From Acetobacteraceae bacterium (GTDB taxonomy: Bacteria; Bacillota; Sulfobacillia; JAIMBG01), in assembly GCA_023511555.1 (NCBI GenBank), contig JAIMBG010000002.1, forward strand, positions 1 through 51,893: 51,893 nt of DNA. Reading direction: 5' to 3'. Positions 1 to 8,739 of the stretch are shown one piece after another; positions within the stretch are counted from its first letter, which is position 1; every line of letters starts with the position of its first letter. The notes under the pieces are model-generated. The model was given only the letters and a program-made list of their open reading frames with translations, did not search any database and was not told where the DNA came from. Position numbers and translations under genes: made by a program.

Positions 1-326
1 CCTTCATCATCCTGGACGAGGCCCAGAACACCACCCCCGAGCAGATGAAGATGTTCCTCACCCGCCTGGGGCTGGGCTCGCGGGCGGTGGTGACCGGCGA
101 CATAACCCAGATAGACCTCCCCCGGGGCAAGAGCTCCGGCCTGGAGGAGGTCAGGTTTGTCCTGCGCGAAGTGCCGGGGATAGCCTTCGTCTATCTCACC
201 GATCAGGACGTGGTGCGCCACGAGCTGGTCTCGCAGATAATCCGGGCGTATGAGCGCTACGAGGCGGAGAGGCTGGCGGGCCAGAACGCCCGGGCCGACG
301 GCGCGGGCGGGGAGGCGGAAGAGTGA
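1..326 (+). CDS. phoH: PhoH-family ATPase, C-terminal fragment (5' end outside window)
   Basis: In-frame translation from nt 3 reads [36 protein letters not shown] (PhoH Walker B region). Stop at 324-326. Synteny with ybeY, dgkA and era. Confidence 0.9.
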   Translation, partial: FIILDEAQNTTPEQMKMFLTRLGLGSRAVVTGDITQIDLPRGKSSGLEEVRFVLREVPGIAFVYLTDQDVVRHELVSQIIRAYERYEAERLAGQNARADGAGGEAEE

Positions 327-2569
327 TGGTGGCGCGGCCGGGCCAGAGCCGCCTGGGCCCTTGGCTTAAGGCCCAGGTGAACCGCGACTCCCCGATGCGG
401 AGGGTGGCGTGGGGGTTTGCCTTTTTCCTGGGCCTGATGGTGCTGTTCTCGCTCACGCTCACGCCGGAGCACTACGACCTCAAGGTGGGCCAGGTGGCGC
501 CGAAGGACATCAAGGCGACCCGGTCCGTGGTGGACCGCTACGAGACCCAGCGGCTGCAGAAGCAGGCCGAGCAGGAGGTCAACGACGTCTACGAGCAGGA
601 TCCCGAGGTAGCCGAGGCGGTGGCCGCGGAGGTGGGAGGCCTGTTCGCCGCCATAAGGCAGTTCCGGGAGGAGGCCGACGGGGGGGGCGGCGGGGGCGGC
701 CAGCCGCCCGCCGGCAGTGCCCCGGCCGGCGAGGCCCCGGACGCCTCGGCCCGGCGGAAGCAGGCCCTGGAGCAGCTCCAGGGGCTCCCCGCCCTGGCCG
801 GCGTCCAGGACGCGGAGCTGGAGCTGCTGCTCGACCTGTCAGAGGAAGACCTCAGCCGGTTGGAGCAGGCGGCCCGTGACATCCTGCTCCGGGTCATGCA
901 GGCGGGGATAAAGGCGGAGGCTTTGCCCACCTTCCGCCGCCAGGTGGAGATAGAAGCCCAGGCGGCGGGGCTTCAGGGGGCGGAGCGGAACCTGGTGCAG
1001 GCCGTGGGCAAGAACCTGCTGCGGCCCAACATGCTGTTCAACCGGGAGGAGACGCTCAAGCGGCGGCGCCGGGCCGTGGAGGCAGTGGAGCCGGTGCGCA
1101 TCCTGGAGGGCGAGACCATCGTGGAGGAGGGCCAGCGGGTTACCGAACGGCACCTGGCCATCCTCCGCGACCTGGGATTGGAGCGCAGCCAGAGCGACGT
1201 CAGGGGCGTGGCGGGGTCCTGCTTGCTGTCCGCGCTCCTGGTGGGGCTGGGGGCAGCCTACCTGGTCCAGTTCGCCCCCGAGGTCGCAGCACGGGAGTCG
1301 CTCATACTGCTCACCGGCCTGATCGTGCTCTTGACCCTGGTTCTCGGGGCGGTGCTGTATCCGATCTCGGGCTACCTGGCCCCGGTGGCGGCCGGATCCA
1401 TGCTGCTGGCTATCCTGGTGAACCCCCGGGTGGCGCTGTTCCTGGCCGCGCTCATGGCCCTGGGGGTGGGCGTGGTCTCGGGCTGGGACCTCCGCTTCCC
1501 GCTGGTGGCGATGTGCGGGGCGACGGTGGGGGTGTTCCGGGTGGCCCGCGTGGGCCAGCGCTCCGACCTGGTGCGGGACGGGCTCCTGGTGGGGGCGGTG
1601 AACGCCCTGGCCGTGGTGATGCTGACACTGCTGCCCGGTGCGGCCCCGCTGTCCCAGCCCTCGGCCTGGAAGGACGTGGTCTGGGGGGCCTCGAGCGGCG
1701 TGTTCTCGGCGGTGCTCACCATAGGCTCGCTCCCGTTCTTCGAGCGCTACTTCGGCCTGATCACGCCGCTCAAGCTCCTGGAGCTGTGCAACCCCAACCA
1801 GCCCCTGCTCAAGCGGCTGCTGGTGGAGGCGCCGGGCACCTACCACCACTGCGTGGTGGTGGCCAATCTGGCCGAGTCGGGGACGGAGGCCATCGGCGGG
1901 AACTCGCTTCTGGCCCGAGCCGGGGCCTACTATCACGACGTGGGCAAGCTCAGACGGCCGTATTTCTTCATCGAAAACCAGTTCGCGGGCGACAACCCCC
2001 ATGACAAGATCTCGCCGTCGCTGAGCCTTCTCATCCTGACCTCCCACGTCCGTGACGGGCTGGAACTGGGGCGGAACGCCCGCCTGCCCGCCGCCGTCCT
2101 GGACTTCATCCAGGAGCACCATGGCACCACCCTGGTCTCCTACTTCTACAGCCGCGCGGCCGAGGAGGGGCAGGAGCCGGTGCCCGAGGACGCGTTCCGC
2201 TACGAGGGGCCCCGGCCCAGCTCACGGGAGTCGGCCCTGGTGATGCTGGCCGACTCCTGCGAGGCGGCGGTGCGCTCCCTGGGCAAGCCGAACCCCGGCC
2301 GCATCGAGGCCGTGGTGAGGCGCATCATCCAGGACCGTCTCACCGACCACCAGCTTGACCGCTGCGACCTCACCCTGCGCGACCTGGACACCATAGCCGA
2401 CGTCTTCGCCCGGGTGCTGACCGGGGTCTTCCACCCCCGGATCGAGTATCCCGACAGCGTGCTGAAGGAGATGCAGAAGCGCGAGGCCCGGCGGGCGGTG
2501 GAGGAACGTCCCCGGGGCGGGGGCGCGAGGGCCGGGGAACAGGGCGAGGGCCAGGAAGGAGAGGGATAG
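323..2569 (+). CDS. 7TM receptor with intracellular HD hydrolase domain (7TMR-HD, PgpH/YqfF-like)
   Basis: N-terminal extracellular region, then a multi-TM block, then the HD motif [11 protein letters not shown]...[19 protein letters not shown]. It occupies the position between phoH and ybeY, as yqfF does in Bacillus. ATG 323 overlaps the phoH stop. An alternative start is M at 395. Confidence 0.85.
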   Translation: MMVARPGQSRLGPWLKAQVNRDSPMRRVAWGFAFFLGLMVLFSLTLTPEHYDLKVGQVAPKDIKATRSVVDRYETQRLQKQAEQEVNDVYEQDPEVAEAVAAEVGGLFAAIRQFREEADGGGGGGGQPPAGSAPAGEAPDASARRKQALEQLQGLPALAGVQDAELELLLDLSEEDLSRLEQAARDILLRVMQAGIKAEALPTFRRQVEIEAQAAGLQGAERNLVQAVGKNLLRPNMLFNREETLKRRRRAVEAVEPVRILEGETIVEEGQRVTERHLAILRDLGLERSQSDVRGVAGSCLLSALLVGLGAAYLVQFAPEVAARESLILLTGLIVLLTLVLGAVLYPISGYLAPVAAGSMLLAILVNPRVALFLAALMALGVGVVSGWDLRFPLVAMCGATVGVFRVARVGQRSDLVRDGLLVGAVNALAVVMLTLLPGAAPLSQPSAWKDVVWGASSGVFSAVLTIGSLPFFERYFGLITPLKLLELCNPNQPLLKRLLVEAPGTYHHCVVVANLAESGTEAIGGNSLLARAGAYYHDVGKLRRPYFFIENQFAGDNPHDKISPSLSLLILTSHVRDGLELGRNARLPAAVLDFIQEHHGTTLVSYFYSRAAEEGQEPVPEDAFRYEGPRPSSRESALVMLADSCEAAVRSLGKPNPGRIEAVVRRIIQDRLTDHQLDRCDLTLRDLDTIADVFARVLTGVFHPRIEYPDSVLKEMQKREARRAVEERPRGGGARAGEQGEGQEGEG

Positions 2570-2574
2570 CAGGC

Positions 2575-3093
2575 GTGGGCGTGATCATCAGCAACCGGCA
2601 GTCAAAGGTGACCCCGGACGGCAGGCTGGTGGCGCTCCTGCGCCGCGTGGCCCACGCGGTCTTCGCTCAGGAGGGCGTCCCCGCCAGCGCGGAGGTGAGC
2701 CTGACCTTCGTGGACGACGCAACCATACGCCTGTACAACCGCGACTACCGGCAGGTAGACCGCCCCACCGACGTCCTTGCCTTCTCCCAGCTTGAGGGCA
2801 GGGAGCTGCGACCCCTGCTCGAGGTCCCGTTTCCGGCGCCTGCGGGCGTGCCTCCGGTTCTGCTGGGCGACGTGCTGATCTCGCTGGAGCGGGCGGCGGA
2901 GCAGGCGGCCGAGCGCGGCCACCCGCTGGAGGTGGAGGCGTCGCTCCTGCTGGTGCACGGCATCCTGCACCTCCTGGGCTACGACCACCGCCGCCCCGCG
3001 GAGGCGCGGGCCATGCAGCGCCGCGAGCGGCAGATCATGAAGGCGCTGGGCGCCTTGCCGGGGGACGGCGGCCGGGGGCGGGGGCTGCCGTAG
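2575..3093 (+). CDS. ybeY: rRNA maturation endoribonuclease YbeY
   Basis: Metal-binding signature HGILHLLGYDH; size is about 170 aa; GTG start; conserved position after the HD-domain gene. Confidence 0.9.
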   Translation: MGVIISNRQSKVTPDGRLVALLRRVAHAVFAQEGVPASAEVSLTFVDDATIRLYNRDYRQVDRPTDVLAFSQLEGRELRPLLEVPFPAPAGVPPVLLGDVLISLERAAEQAAERGHPLEVEASLLLVHGILHLLGYDHRRPAEARAMQRRERQIMKALGALPGDGGRGRGLP

Positions 3094-3134
3094 GGGCCGC
3101 CGGCGACGGGGCGAGGGGCCGGGAGGGGTGGCGG

Positions 3135-3635
3135 GTGGGACCGGAAGGGGCCGGCGGGAGGTCTTGCGGGCTCGGCCGGAGCTTCGGCGACGCGCTGGCC
3201 GGTGCGGCCCAGATCTGGCGCGGCCAGAGGAACATGCGCATCCACCTGGCGGTAGCCCTGGGGGCCGCCTGGGCCGGGTGGGTGCTGGGGTTTTCAGCTA
3301 TGGAGTGGGCGGTGCTGGCCCTGACGGTGGGGGCAGTCATGGGACTGGAGGCGCTGAACACCGCCCTGGAAACCGCGGTCGACCTGGCCTGTGGGGGCAG
3401 GGCCGAGCCGCTGGCCCGGCGCGCCAAGAATGCCGCGGCCGCCGGGGTCCTGGTGGCGGCGCTGGCGGCGGTGGCGGTGGGGGCCGCCCTGTTCGGCCCC
3501 CGGCTTGGCGTGGCGGGGGAGCGGCTGTTGTTTCGGCTTGCCTCACAGCCGTGGGCCATGGCGTTGTGGGCGGCGGGGTTTGCCGCGGCAGCGGCCTTTG
3601 CCCTGGTTCGCATCGGAGGTGACTCAAAGACGTGA
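3135..3635 (+). CDS. dgkA: diacylglycerol/undecaprenol kinase (DAGK_prokar family)
   Basis: Small 3-TM protein with NMRIHL..A....G......EW..L.L..G.V...E.LNTALE..VDL pattern. Conserved position after ybeY. The start is uncertain. Confidence 0.8.
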   Translation: MGPEGAGGRSCGLGRSFGDALAGAAQIWRGQRNMRIHLAVALGAAWAGWVLGFSAMEWAVLALTVGAVMGLEALNTALETAVDLACGGRAEPLARRAKNAAAAGVLVAALAAVAVGAALFGPRLGVAGERLLFRLASQPWAMALWAAGFAAAAAFALVRIGGDSKT

Positions 3636-4369
3636 AGGAAGGACAGGGCGGAAGGTCATTCTTTTCCTGGCTGGCCGGCACCCTGGGGGCGGGGCTCATC
3701 GTGCTGGTGCCCGTGGTGACGACGGTCTACCTGCTCTGGGTGCTCTTCCGCTTTGCCGACGGCCTTCTGGGCCGGTTCGTGGCCCCCTACCTGCCCTTCC
3801 CCATGCCCGGCCTGGGCCTGGCCCTGACGCTGCTTATCGTGCTGGGCTTTGGGCTTCTGGCCACGCACTTCATCGGCCGGCGGATCATCCGGGCGGCCGA
3901 GGCCGTGCTGATGAAGATGCCCCTGGTCCGGGGCATCTTCGTCACCATCAAGCAGCTTGTGGATGCGGTGGCCCACAACGAGAGAAAGGCGTTCCGACGG
4001 GTGGTCATGCTAGAGTACCCCCGCCCCGGGGTGTACTCCCTGGGGTTCATGACCGGCGAGGGCTTTACCGAGGCCCGGGAGCTGCTGAAGGAGAACCTGG
4101 TGTCCGTCTTCATCCCCACCACCCCTAACCCCACCTCCGGCATGATGGTGATAGTGCCCCGGAGCCAGGTGACCCTCCTCAACCTGTCGGTCGATGACGG
4201 CATCAAGCTGGTGATCTCTGGGGGGGTCATATCGCCGCCGGAGCGCCTGCAGGCCCCGGCGGACCGCGGGGAGCAGCCGGCCGGGCCGAGGCCTGACGGC
4301 AAACGCCTGCTCCAGCCCCGGGAGGAAGGGCCGGGGCAGGGCGGCGGAGGGGGGGTGGGGGCGCCGTGA
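3632..4369 (+). CDS. DUF502-family membrane protein
   Basis: Two N-terminal TM helices, then PLVRGIFVTIKQLVD, FRRVVMLEYPRPGVYSLGFMTGE and IPTTPNPTSGMMVIVP, which I recognise as typical DUF502 blocks. The start overlaps the dgkA stop. Confidence 0.75.
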   Translation: MKEGQGGRSFFSWLAGTLGAGLIVLVPVVTTVYLLWVLFRFADGLLGRFVAPYLPFPMPGLGLALTLLIVLGFGLLATHFIGRRIIRAAEAVLMKMPLVRGIFVTIKQLVDAVAHNERKAFRRVVMLEYPRPGVYSLGFMTGEGFTEARELLKENLVSVFIPTTPNPTSGMMVIVPRSQVTLLNLSVDDGIKLVISGGVISPPERLQAPADRGEQPAGPRPDGKRLLQPREEGPGQGGGGGVGAP

Positions 4370-5508
4370 GCCGCCGCCGGTTGAGGCGCGGCCTGGCGCT
4401 GGTCCTGACCCTGGCCTGCGGCCTGCTGCTCCCTCTGGCCTGTGCCCGCCCCGCCCCTTCCGGCCCTGCCCCCCCGCCCGGCTCGGGGGCCGAGCCTGCG
4501 TCCCCTTCGGAGCCTCCGGCGCCGGGGGCCGGGCAGCCCTCCCCGCCGGCCGGCGGTGGGCCGGCCGCCCCGCCTCCCGTGCCCCCGGGCGGCGCGCAGG
4601 CAGGGATTCCGTGCCCCCTCGACGGGGTGCCGGCCCCGCCGAACCGGGTGGACCAGGTGGCCCTGGCGGTGGTCCTGGACAACCACTCCGCCGCCCGGCC
4701 CCAGGCCGGGCTCAGCTCCGCGTGCCTGGTGTATGAGTTCCCTGTGGAGGGCGGCATGACGCGGCTGCTTGCCTTCTTCCTCCACGCCGAGGCGGCGGTG
4801 GTGGGTCCGGTGCGGAGCGCCCGGGACTACATGCTTGACCCCTGCCTGGAGACGGGGGCGATCCTGTGCCACATCGGCGGGAGCCCGCAGGCGTATGAGC
4901 GGCTGGCCCGGGTGAAGGTGCGCTCGCTCGATGACATGAAGGGGGCGGGCGCGTACTACCGGGTGTCCTACCGGCGGCCGCCCCACAACCTGTACACCGC
5001 CACGTCCGCACTGCGGCAGGCGGCGGCGGCCCGGGGCTGGGCCCGCCGCTCCGCGGGCGCGGCCTGGGGGCTGGCCCCCGGCCCGGCCGTCAGCCCCGCA
5101 ACGGGGGGGGAGCCTGCCGCGACGATATCCCTCCGGTACCCCGGGCCGGGGGAACCCTACCTGGGCTACCGCTACGACCCGCAGGCCGGCGTCTTCCTGC
5201 GGCTGGTGTCAGGCGAGCCCCAGATCGACGCTGCCAACGGCCAGGCCGTGTCGGTCGCCAACCTGGTGGTCCTGCGGACGGTCGTGACTCCGATCGCCGG
5301 CGACCCCGAGGGCCGGCTGAGGGTGCAGATGGTTGGGGAGGGCGAGGCCCTGCTGTTTCGGGGGGGGCAGGTGTTCAAGGGGCGCTGGTCGAAGGCGGCC
5401 CCTGCCCTGCCCACCCGGCTCTCCGGCCCCGCCGGCCAGCTTGTGCTGGGGCCGGGGCCGACATGGGTGGAGGTCGTGCCCGAGGAAGCTGTGGTGCAGT
5501 GGAGGTGA
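4366..5508 (+). CDS. DUF3048-domain lipoprotein (YerB-like)
   Basis: Signal peptide with Cys (LPLAC), then a Pro/Ala-rich linker. Further blocks are VVLDNHSAARPQAGLSSACLVYEFPVEGGMTRLLAFF and ARDYMLDP. The GTGA start/stop overlaps the upstream gene. Confidence 0.7.
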   Translation: MSRRRLRRGLALVLTLACGLLLPLACARPAPSGPAPPPGSGAEPASPSEPPAPGAGQPSPPAGGGPAAPPPVPPGGAQAGIPCPLDGVPAPPNRVDQVALAVVLDNHSAARPQAGLSSACLVYEFPVEGGMTRLLAFFLHAEAAVVGPVRSARDYMLDPCLETGAILCHIGGSPQAYERLARVKVRSLDDMKGAGAYYRVSYRRPPHNLYTATSALRQAAAARGWARRSAGAAWGLAPGPAVSPATGGEPAATISLRYPGPGEPYLGYRYDPQAGVFLRLVSGEPQIDAANGQAVSVANLVVLRTVVTPIAGDPEGRLRVQMVGEGEALLFRGGQVFKGRWSKAAPALPTRLSGPAGQLVLGPGPTWVEVVPEEAVVQWR

Positions 5509-5514
5509 GGGGGG

Positions 5515-5940
5515 TTGAGTGCTGAGGGCGGCATTGACCGTCAACGGCTGCTCGCGCTGGCCCGGCAGGCCCGGGAGAGCGCGTACGCGCCGTATTCCGG
5601 CTACCCGGTGGGGGCGGCGCTCCTGGCCAGGGACGGGACGGTGTACGCCGGCTGCAACCTGGAGTGTGCCTCCTACGGCCTCACCCTTTGCGCCGAGCGG
5701 GTGGCGCTGGGCGCGGCGGTGAGCGCCGGCCGCCGGGAGTTTCTGGCCATCGCCGTGGTGGCGGCTGGCCCTGTGCCCCCCAGCCCCTGCGGCGCCTGCC
5801 GCCAGCTCCTCGCCGAGTTCGGGGAGGGGACGCTGGTGATCGCCTCCAACCTGGAGGGCCACCTGTGGGAGGCCGCCGTGGGCCAGCTCCTGCCCGCCTG
5901 CTTCCGCTTCCCCGCCCCTCGAAGGGGGGCGGGGGGTTAG
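5515..5940 (+). CDS. cdd: cytidine deaminase
   Basis: Zinc motifs CAERVAL and PCGACRQLLAEF; about 140 aa; TTG start preceded by GGAGGTGAGG. Confidence 0.9.
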   Translation: MSAEGGIDRQRLLALARQARESAYAPYSGYPVGAALLARDGTVYAGCNLECASYGLTLCAERVALGAAVSAGRREFLAIAVVAAGPVPPSPCGACRQLLAEFGEGTLVIASNLEGHLWEAAVGQLLPACFRFPAPRRGAGG

Positions 5941-5943
5941 GCG

Positions 5944-6840
5944 GTGGCGGACGGGGGCTTTGTCTCCGGGTTCGTGGCCATATGCGGCCGGCCCAACGTG
6001 GGCAAGTCCACCCTGCTCAACCAGCTCCTGGGGCGGAAGCTGGCCATCGTGTCCTCCCGGCCCCAGACCACGCGCAACCGCATCCTCGGGGTTCTTGACC
6101 TCCCCGGGGCCCAGGTGGCCCTGCTCGACACCCCGGGGCTTCACCGGCCGCGCCACCGTCTGGGCGAGTATATGGTCCGGGTCGCGCTGGCCGCGCTTAA
6201 GCAGGTGGACCTCGTGCTATGGCTGGTGGAGGGCCTCCGCCCGCCGGGGCCGGGGGACCGGTACGTAGCCGGGCTGCTGCGCCCCCTGGGCCCCCGGGTG
6301 CTGCTGGTCGTGAACAAGATCGACCTGGTGCCGGCCGCGGTCGTACCGGGGGTGGTGGCGGAGTACGCGGCCCTGGGCAGCTTCGGCGGGGCGCTGGCTG
6401 TGTCGGCGCTCTGCGGCGCCGGCCTGGATGAGCTCCTGCGCGAGGTGGTGCGGCGCCTTCCCTCCGGCCCCCGCTACTACCCCGAGGGCACGGTCACCGA
6501 CCGGCCCGAGGAGTTCGTGGTGGCCGAGCTCATCCGGGAGCAGGCCCTGCTCCTCACGCATCACGAGGTGCCTCACGCCGTGGCGGTGGTAGTGGAGGAG
6601 ATCTCGGCCCGCCCCGGGGGGAGGGTGTACGTGCGGGCCACGGTATACGTGGAGAAGGAGTCCCAGAAGGGCATCCTCATAGGCAGGGGCGGACTCCGCC
6701 TCAAGGAACTGGGGCAGCGGGCCCGCGCCGAGATCGAGGCCCTGCTGGGCTCGCCGGTCTACCTCGACCTGTGGGTGAAGGTCAAGAGGGACTGGCGCCA
6801 GGACGTACACGCCATTGAAGCCCTGGGGTACCGGGAGTGA
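5944..6840 (+). CDS. era: GTPase Era
   Basis: G1 motif GRPNVGKSTLLN, DTPG, NKID, and a C-terminal KH domain (VYVEKESQKGILIGRGG). Follows cdd as in Bacillus. Confidence 0.95.
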   Translation: MADGGFVSGFVAICGRPNVGKSTLLNQLLGRKLAIVSSRPQTTRNRILGVLDLPGAQVALLDTPGLHRPRHRLGEYMVRVALAALKQVDLVLWLVEGLRPPGPGDRYVAGLLRPLGPRVLLVVNKIDLVPAAVVPGVVAEYAALGSFGGALAVSALCGAGLDELLREVVRRLPSGPRYYPEGTVTDRPEEFVVAELIREQALLLTHHEVPHAVAVVVEEISARPGGRVYVRATVYVEKESQKGILIGRGGLRLKELGQRARAEIEALLGSPVYLDLWVKVKRDWRQDVHAIEALGYRE

Positions 6841-6847
6841 CGGCGGG

Positions 6848-6867
6848 GGGCCCGCCCGGGCGGGCCC
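6848..6867 (+). terminator. perfect 20-nt GC palindrome just after the era stop (possible terminator hairpin, no U-tract)
   Basis: GGGCCCGCCCGGGCGGGCCC is its own reverse complement and lies 8 nt after the era stop. No T-run follows it. Confidence 0.3.
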
Positions 6868-6958
6868 GCGGGCGGCTGCCTGGCGGCGAGGGCAGGCGGA
6901 GGCGGGCGGAGCCCTTGGTGGTGGGCGGTGAGTGGAACCGTTCGGGACGGGCGGTCGG

Positions 6959-6987
6959 TTTACTGCCCGGCCAAAAACTGTTATAAT
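6959..6987 (+). promoter_or_regulatory. sigma-A type promoter with extended -10, upstream of deoC
   Basis: TTTACT (6959-6964), a 17-nt spacer ending in TGt, then TATAAT (6982-6987). It is a conspicuous AT island in GC-rich intergenic DNA, 90 nt upstream of the deoC start. Confidence 0.55.
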
Positions 6988-7077
6988 TAGTCACGTGGGA
7001 GGGCGGGCGGCCCCGGGCGGGGCGCGGCTGCCCTGGGGAGGTGGGGCGGGGCGGCGGCGCGCCGCTGCCCCAAAAGC

Positions 7078-7752
7078 GTGATACACAGCGCCTCTGAGCT
7101 GGCGGCCATGATAGACCTGACCCTTTTGAACCCCCAAACCACCCCGGCCCAGGTGGAGGCGATCTGCCGGGAGGGGCGGCGGTACGGGTTTGCCACGGTG
7201 TGCATCCCCCCGGCGTACGTGGCCCTGGCCGCCGCGGTCCTGGACGGCGGCCCGGTGAAGGCGGCCACGGTGGTGGGCTTCCCCCTCGGCTATGAGCCGT
7301 CCCGGATCAAGGCCTGCGCCGCCTCCGAGGCCGTGCGTCATGGGGCGGGGGAGCTCGACATGGTTCTGAACCTGGGGCTGCTCAAGGCCGGGCGGCTTGA
7401 GGCGGTGGAGGGCGACATTGCACGGGTGGTGGAGGCGGCGGGGGGCGTCCCGGTGAAGGTCATCCTGGAGTGCTGCTACCTCACCCGGGAGGAAAAGGTG
7501 GCCGCGTGCCACGCCGCCCGTTCGGCGGGGGCGCGGTTCGTGAAAACCTCCACCGGCATGGGGCCCCAGGGCGCGACGGTCGACGACGTGAGGCTGCTCC
7601 GGGAGACGGTGGGCAGCGCCATGGGGGTTAAGGCCGCAGGCGGCATCCGGGACCTCAGGACGGCCCTGGCCATGATCCAGGCGGGCGCGAACCGGCTGGG
7701 CACGTCCGCCGGGCTGGCCATCCTCGAGGAGATGCGGGCCTCTTCCGCCTGA
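7078..7752 (+). CDS. deoC: deoxyribose-phosphate aldolase
   Basis: Schiff-base lysine region FVKTSTG, then GVKAAGGIR and RLGTSAG. Size is about 224 aa with a GTG start. Confidence 0.9.
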   Translation: MIHSASELAAMIDLTLLNPQTTPAQVEAICREGRRYGFATVCIPPAYVALAAAVLDGGPVKAATVVGFPLGYEPSRIKACAASEAVRHGAGELDMVLNLGLLKAGRLEAVEGDIARVVEAAGGVPVKVILECCYLTREEKVAACHAARSAGARFVKTSTGMGPQGATVDDVRLLRETVGSAMGVKAAGGIRDLRTALAMIQAGANRLGTSAGLAILEEMRASSA

Positions 7753-7854
7753 CGGGGGCTGGCCCGCCGTCCGGTGGAGGAAGGCCGCGCCCGACCCGGC
7801 CGGGCGGGCCACATCAGCGCCGGGGCGGGGGGAAATGATAGGGAGGGCGGGCGA

Positions 7855-8739
7855 TTGGGGCTTTACCGCACCGAGGCCATCGTTCTCCGCGCCCAGCCCC
7901 TGGGCGAGGCCGACCGGCTGCTCACGCTGCTCAGCCGGGAGGGGGGTAAGGTGCGGGCCGTGGCCCGGGGTGCGCGCCGGGCCCGCAGTCGGCTGATGGC
8001 TGGCACCCAGCCTTTCACCCACGCCAGCCTCCTCCTGCTGAAGGGGCGGGAGCTGGATACCGTAAGCCAGTGCGAGATAAGGAACGCGTTCGGCGGCATA
8101 CAGGCGGACCTGGAGAGGACGGCGTGGGCGAGCTGCGCTGTGGAGCTGGTGGACGCGGCCCTGGAGGAGACCGGCGGGCAGGAGGCCGGGACCGGGCCCG
8201 GGGAGGTGTTCTCCCTCCTCCTTTCCGCCCTGGGACTGCTGTCCCGGGGCGAGGGCTCGGCGGACGCGGTGTGGCTGGCGTTCGCCCTGCGGCTGCTGTC
8301 GCTCCTGGGCTACCGGCCACGGCTGGAGGCGTGCGCGGCCTGCGAGCGGACCCCGGCGGGGGACGGCGAGGACTCCCTCTACTTCAGCCCGGCCCTGGGG
8401 GGCGTGCTCTGCGAGCGGTGCCGGGCCCAGGACCCGGCTGCCACCCGCCTCAGCCGGGGCGGGCTCATGGCGGCCCGCCAGCTCCTGGAGGGGGACATGG
8501 CCAGGTCGGGGCAGGTGCGGCTCGGCCCCGTTCTCCGGGGGGAGCTGGAGGCCCTCCTGGAGGGCCACCTGGCCCGCCACCTGGACCGGAGGCTGAGATC
8601 GCTCGAGTTTGTAAGAGCCATCCGGACCCAAAGCGGGGGCGATGGGGTTGGAGGAGCTGGAAAAGATCGACGCCGTGCGCAAGCGCGCGGGGGTGAGCTA
8701 CCGGGAGGCGAGGGAGGCCCTGGAACAGTCGGGCGGTGA
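7855..8739 (+). CDS. recO: DNA repair protein RecO
   Basis: [40 protein letters not shown] (OB fold) and the zinc motif CAACERTP...CERC. The ORF opens at 7774, but in-frame TTG 7855 follows GGGAGGG at good spacing. The 3' end overlaps the next ORF by 98 nt. Confidence 0.85.
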   Translation: MGLYRTEAIVLRAQPLGEADRLLTLLSREGGKVRAVARGARRARSRLMAGTQPFTHASLLLLKGRELDTVSQCEIRNAFGGIQADLERTAWASCAVELVDAALEETGGQEAGTGPGEVFSLLLSALGLLSRGEGSADAVWLAFALRLLSLLGYRPRLEACAACERTPAGDGEDSLYFSPALGGVLCERCRAQDPAATRLSRGGLMAARQLLEGDMARSGQVRLGPVLRGELEALLEGHLARHLDRRLRSLEFVRAIRTQSGGDGVGGAGKDRRRAQARGGELPGGEGGPGTVGR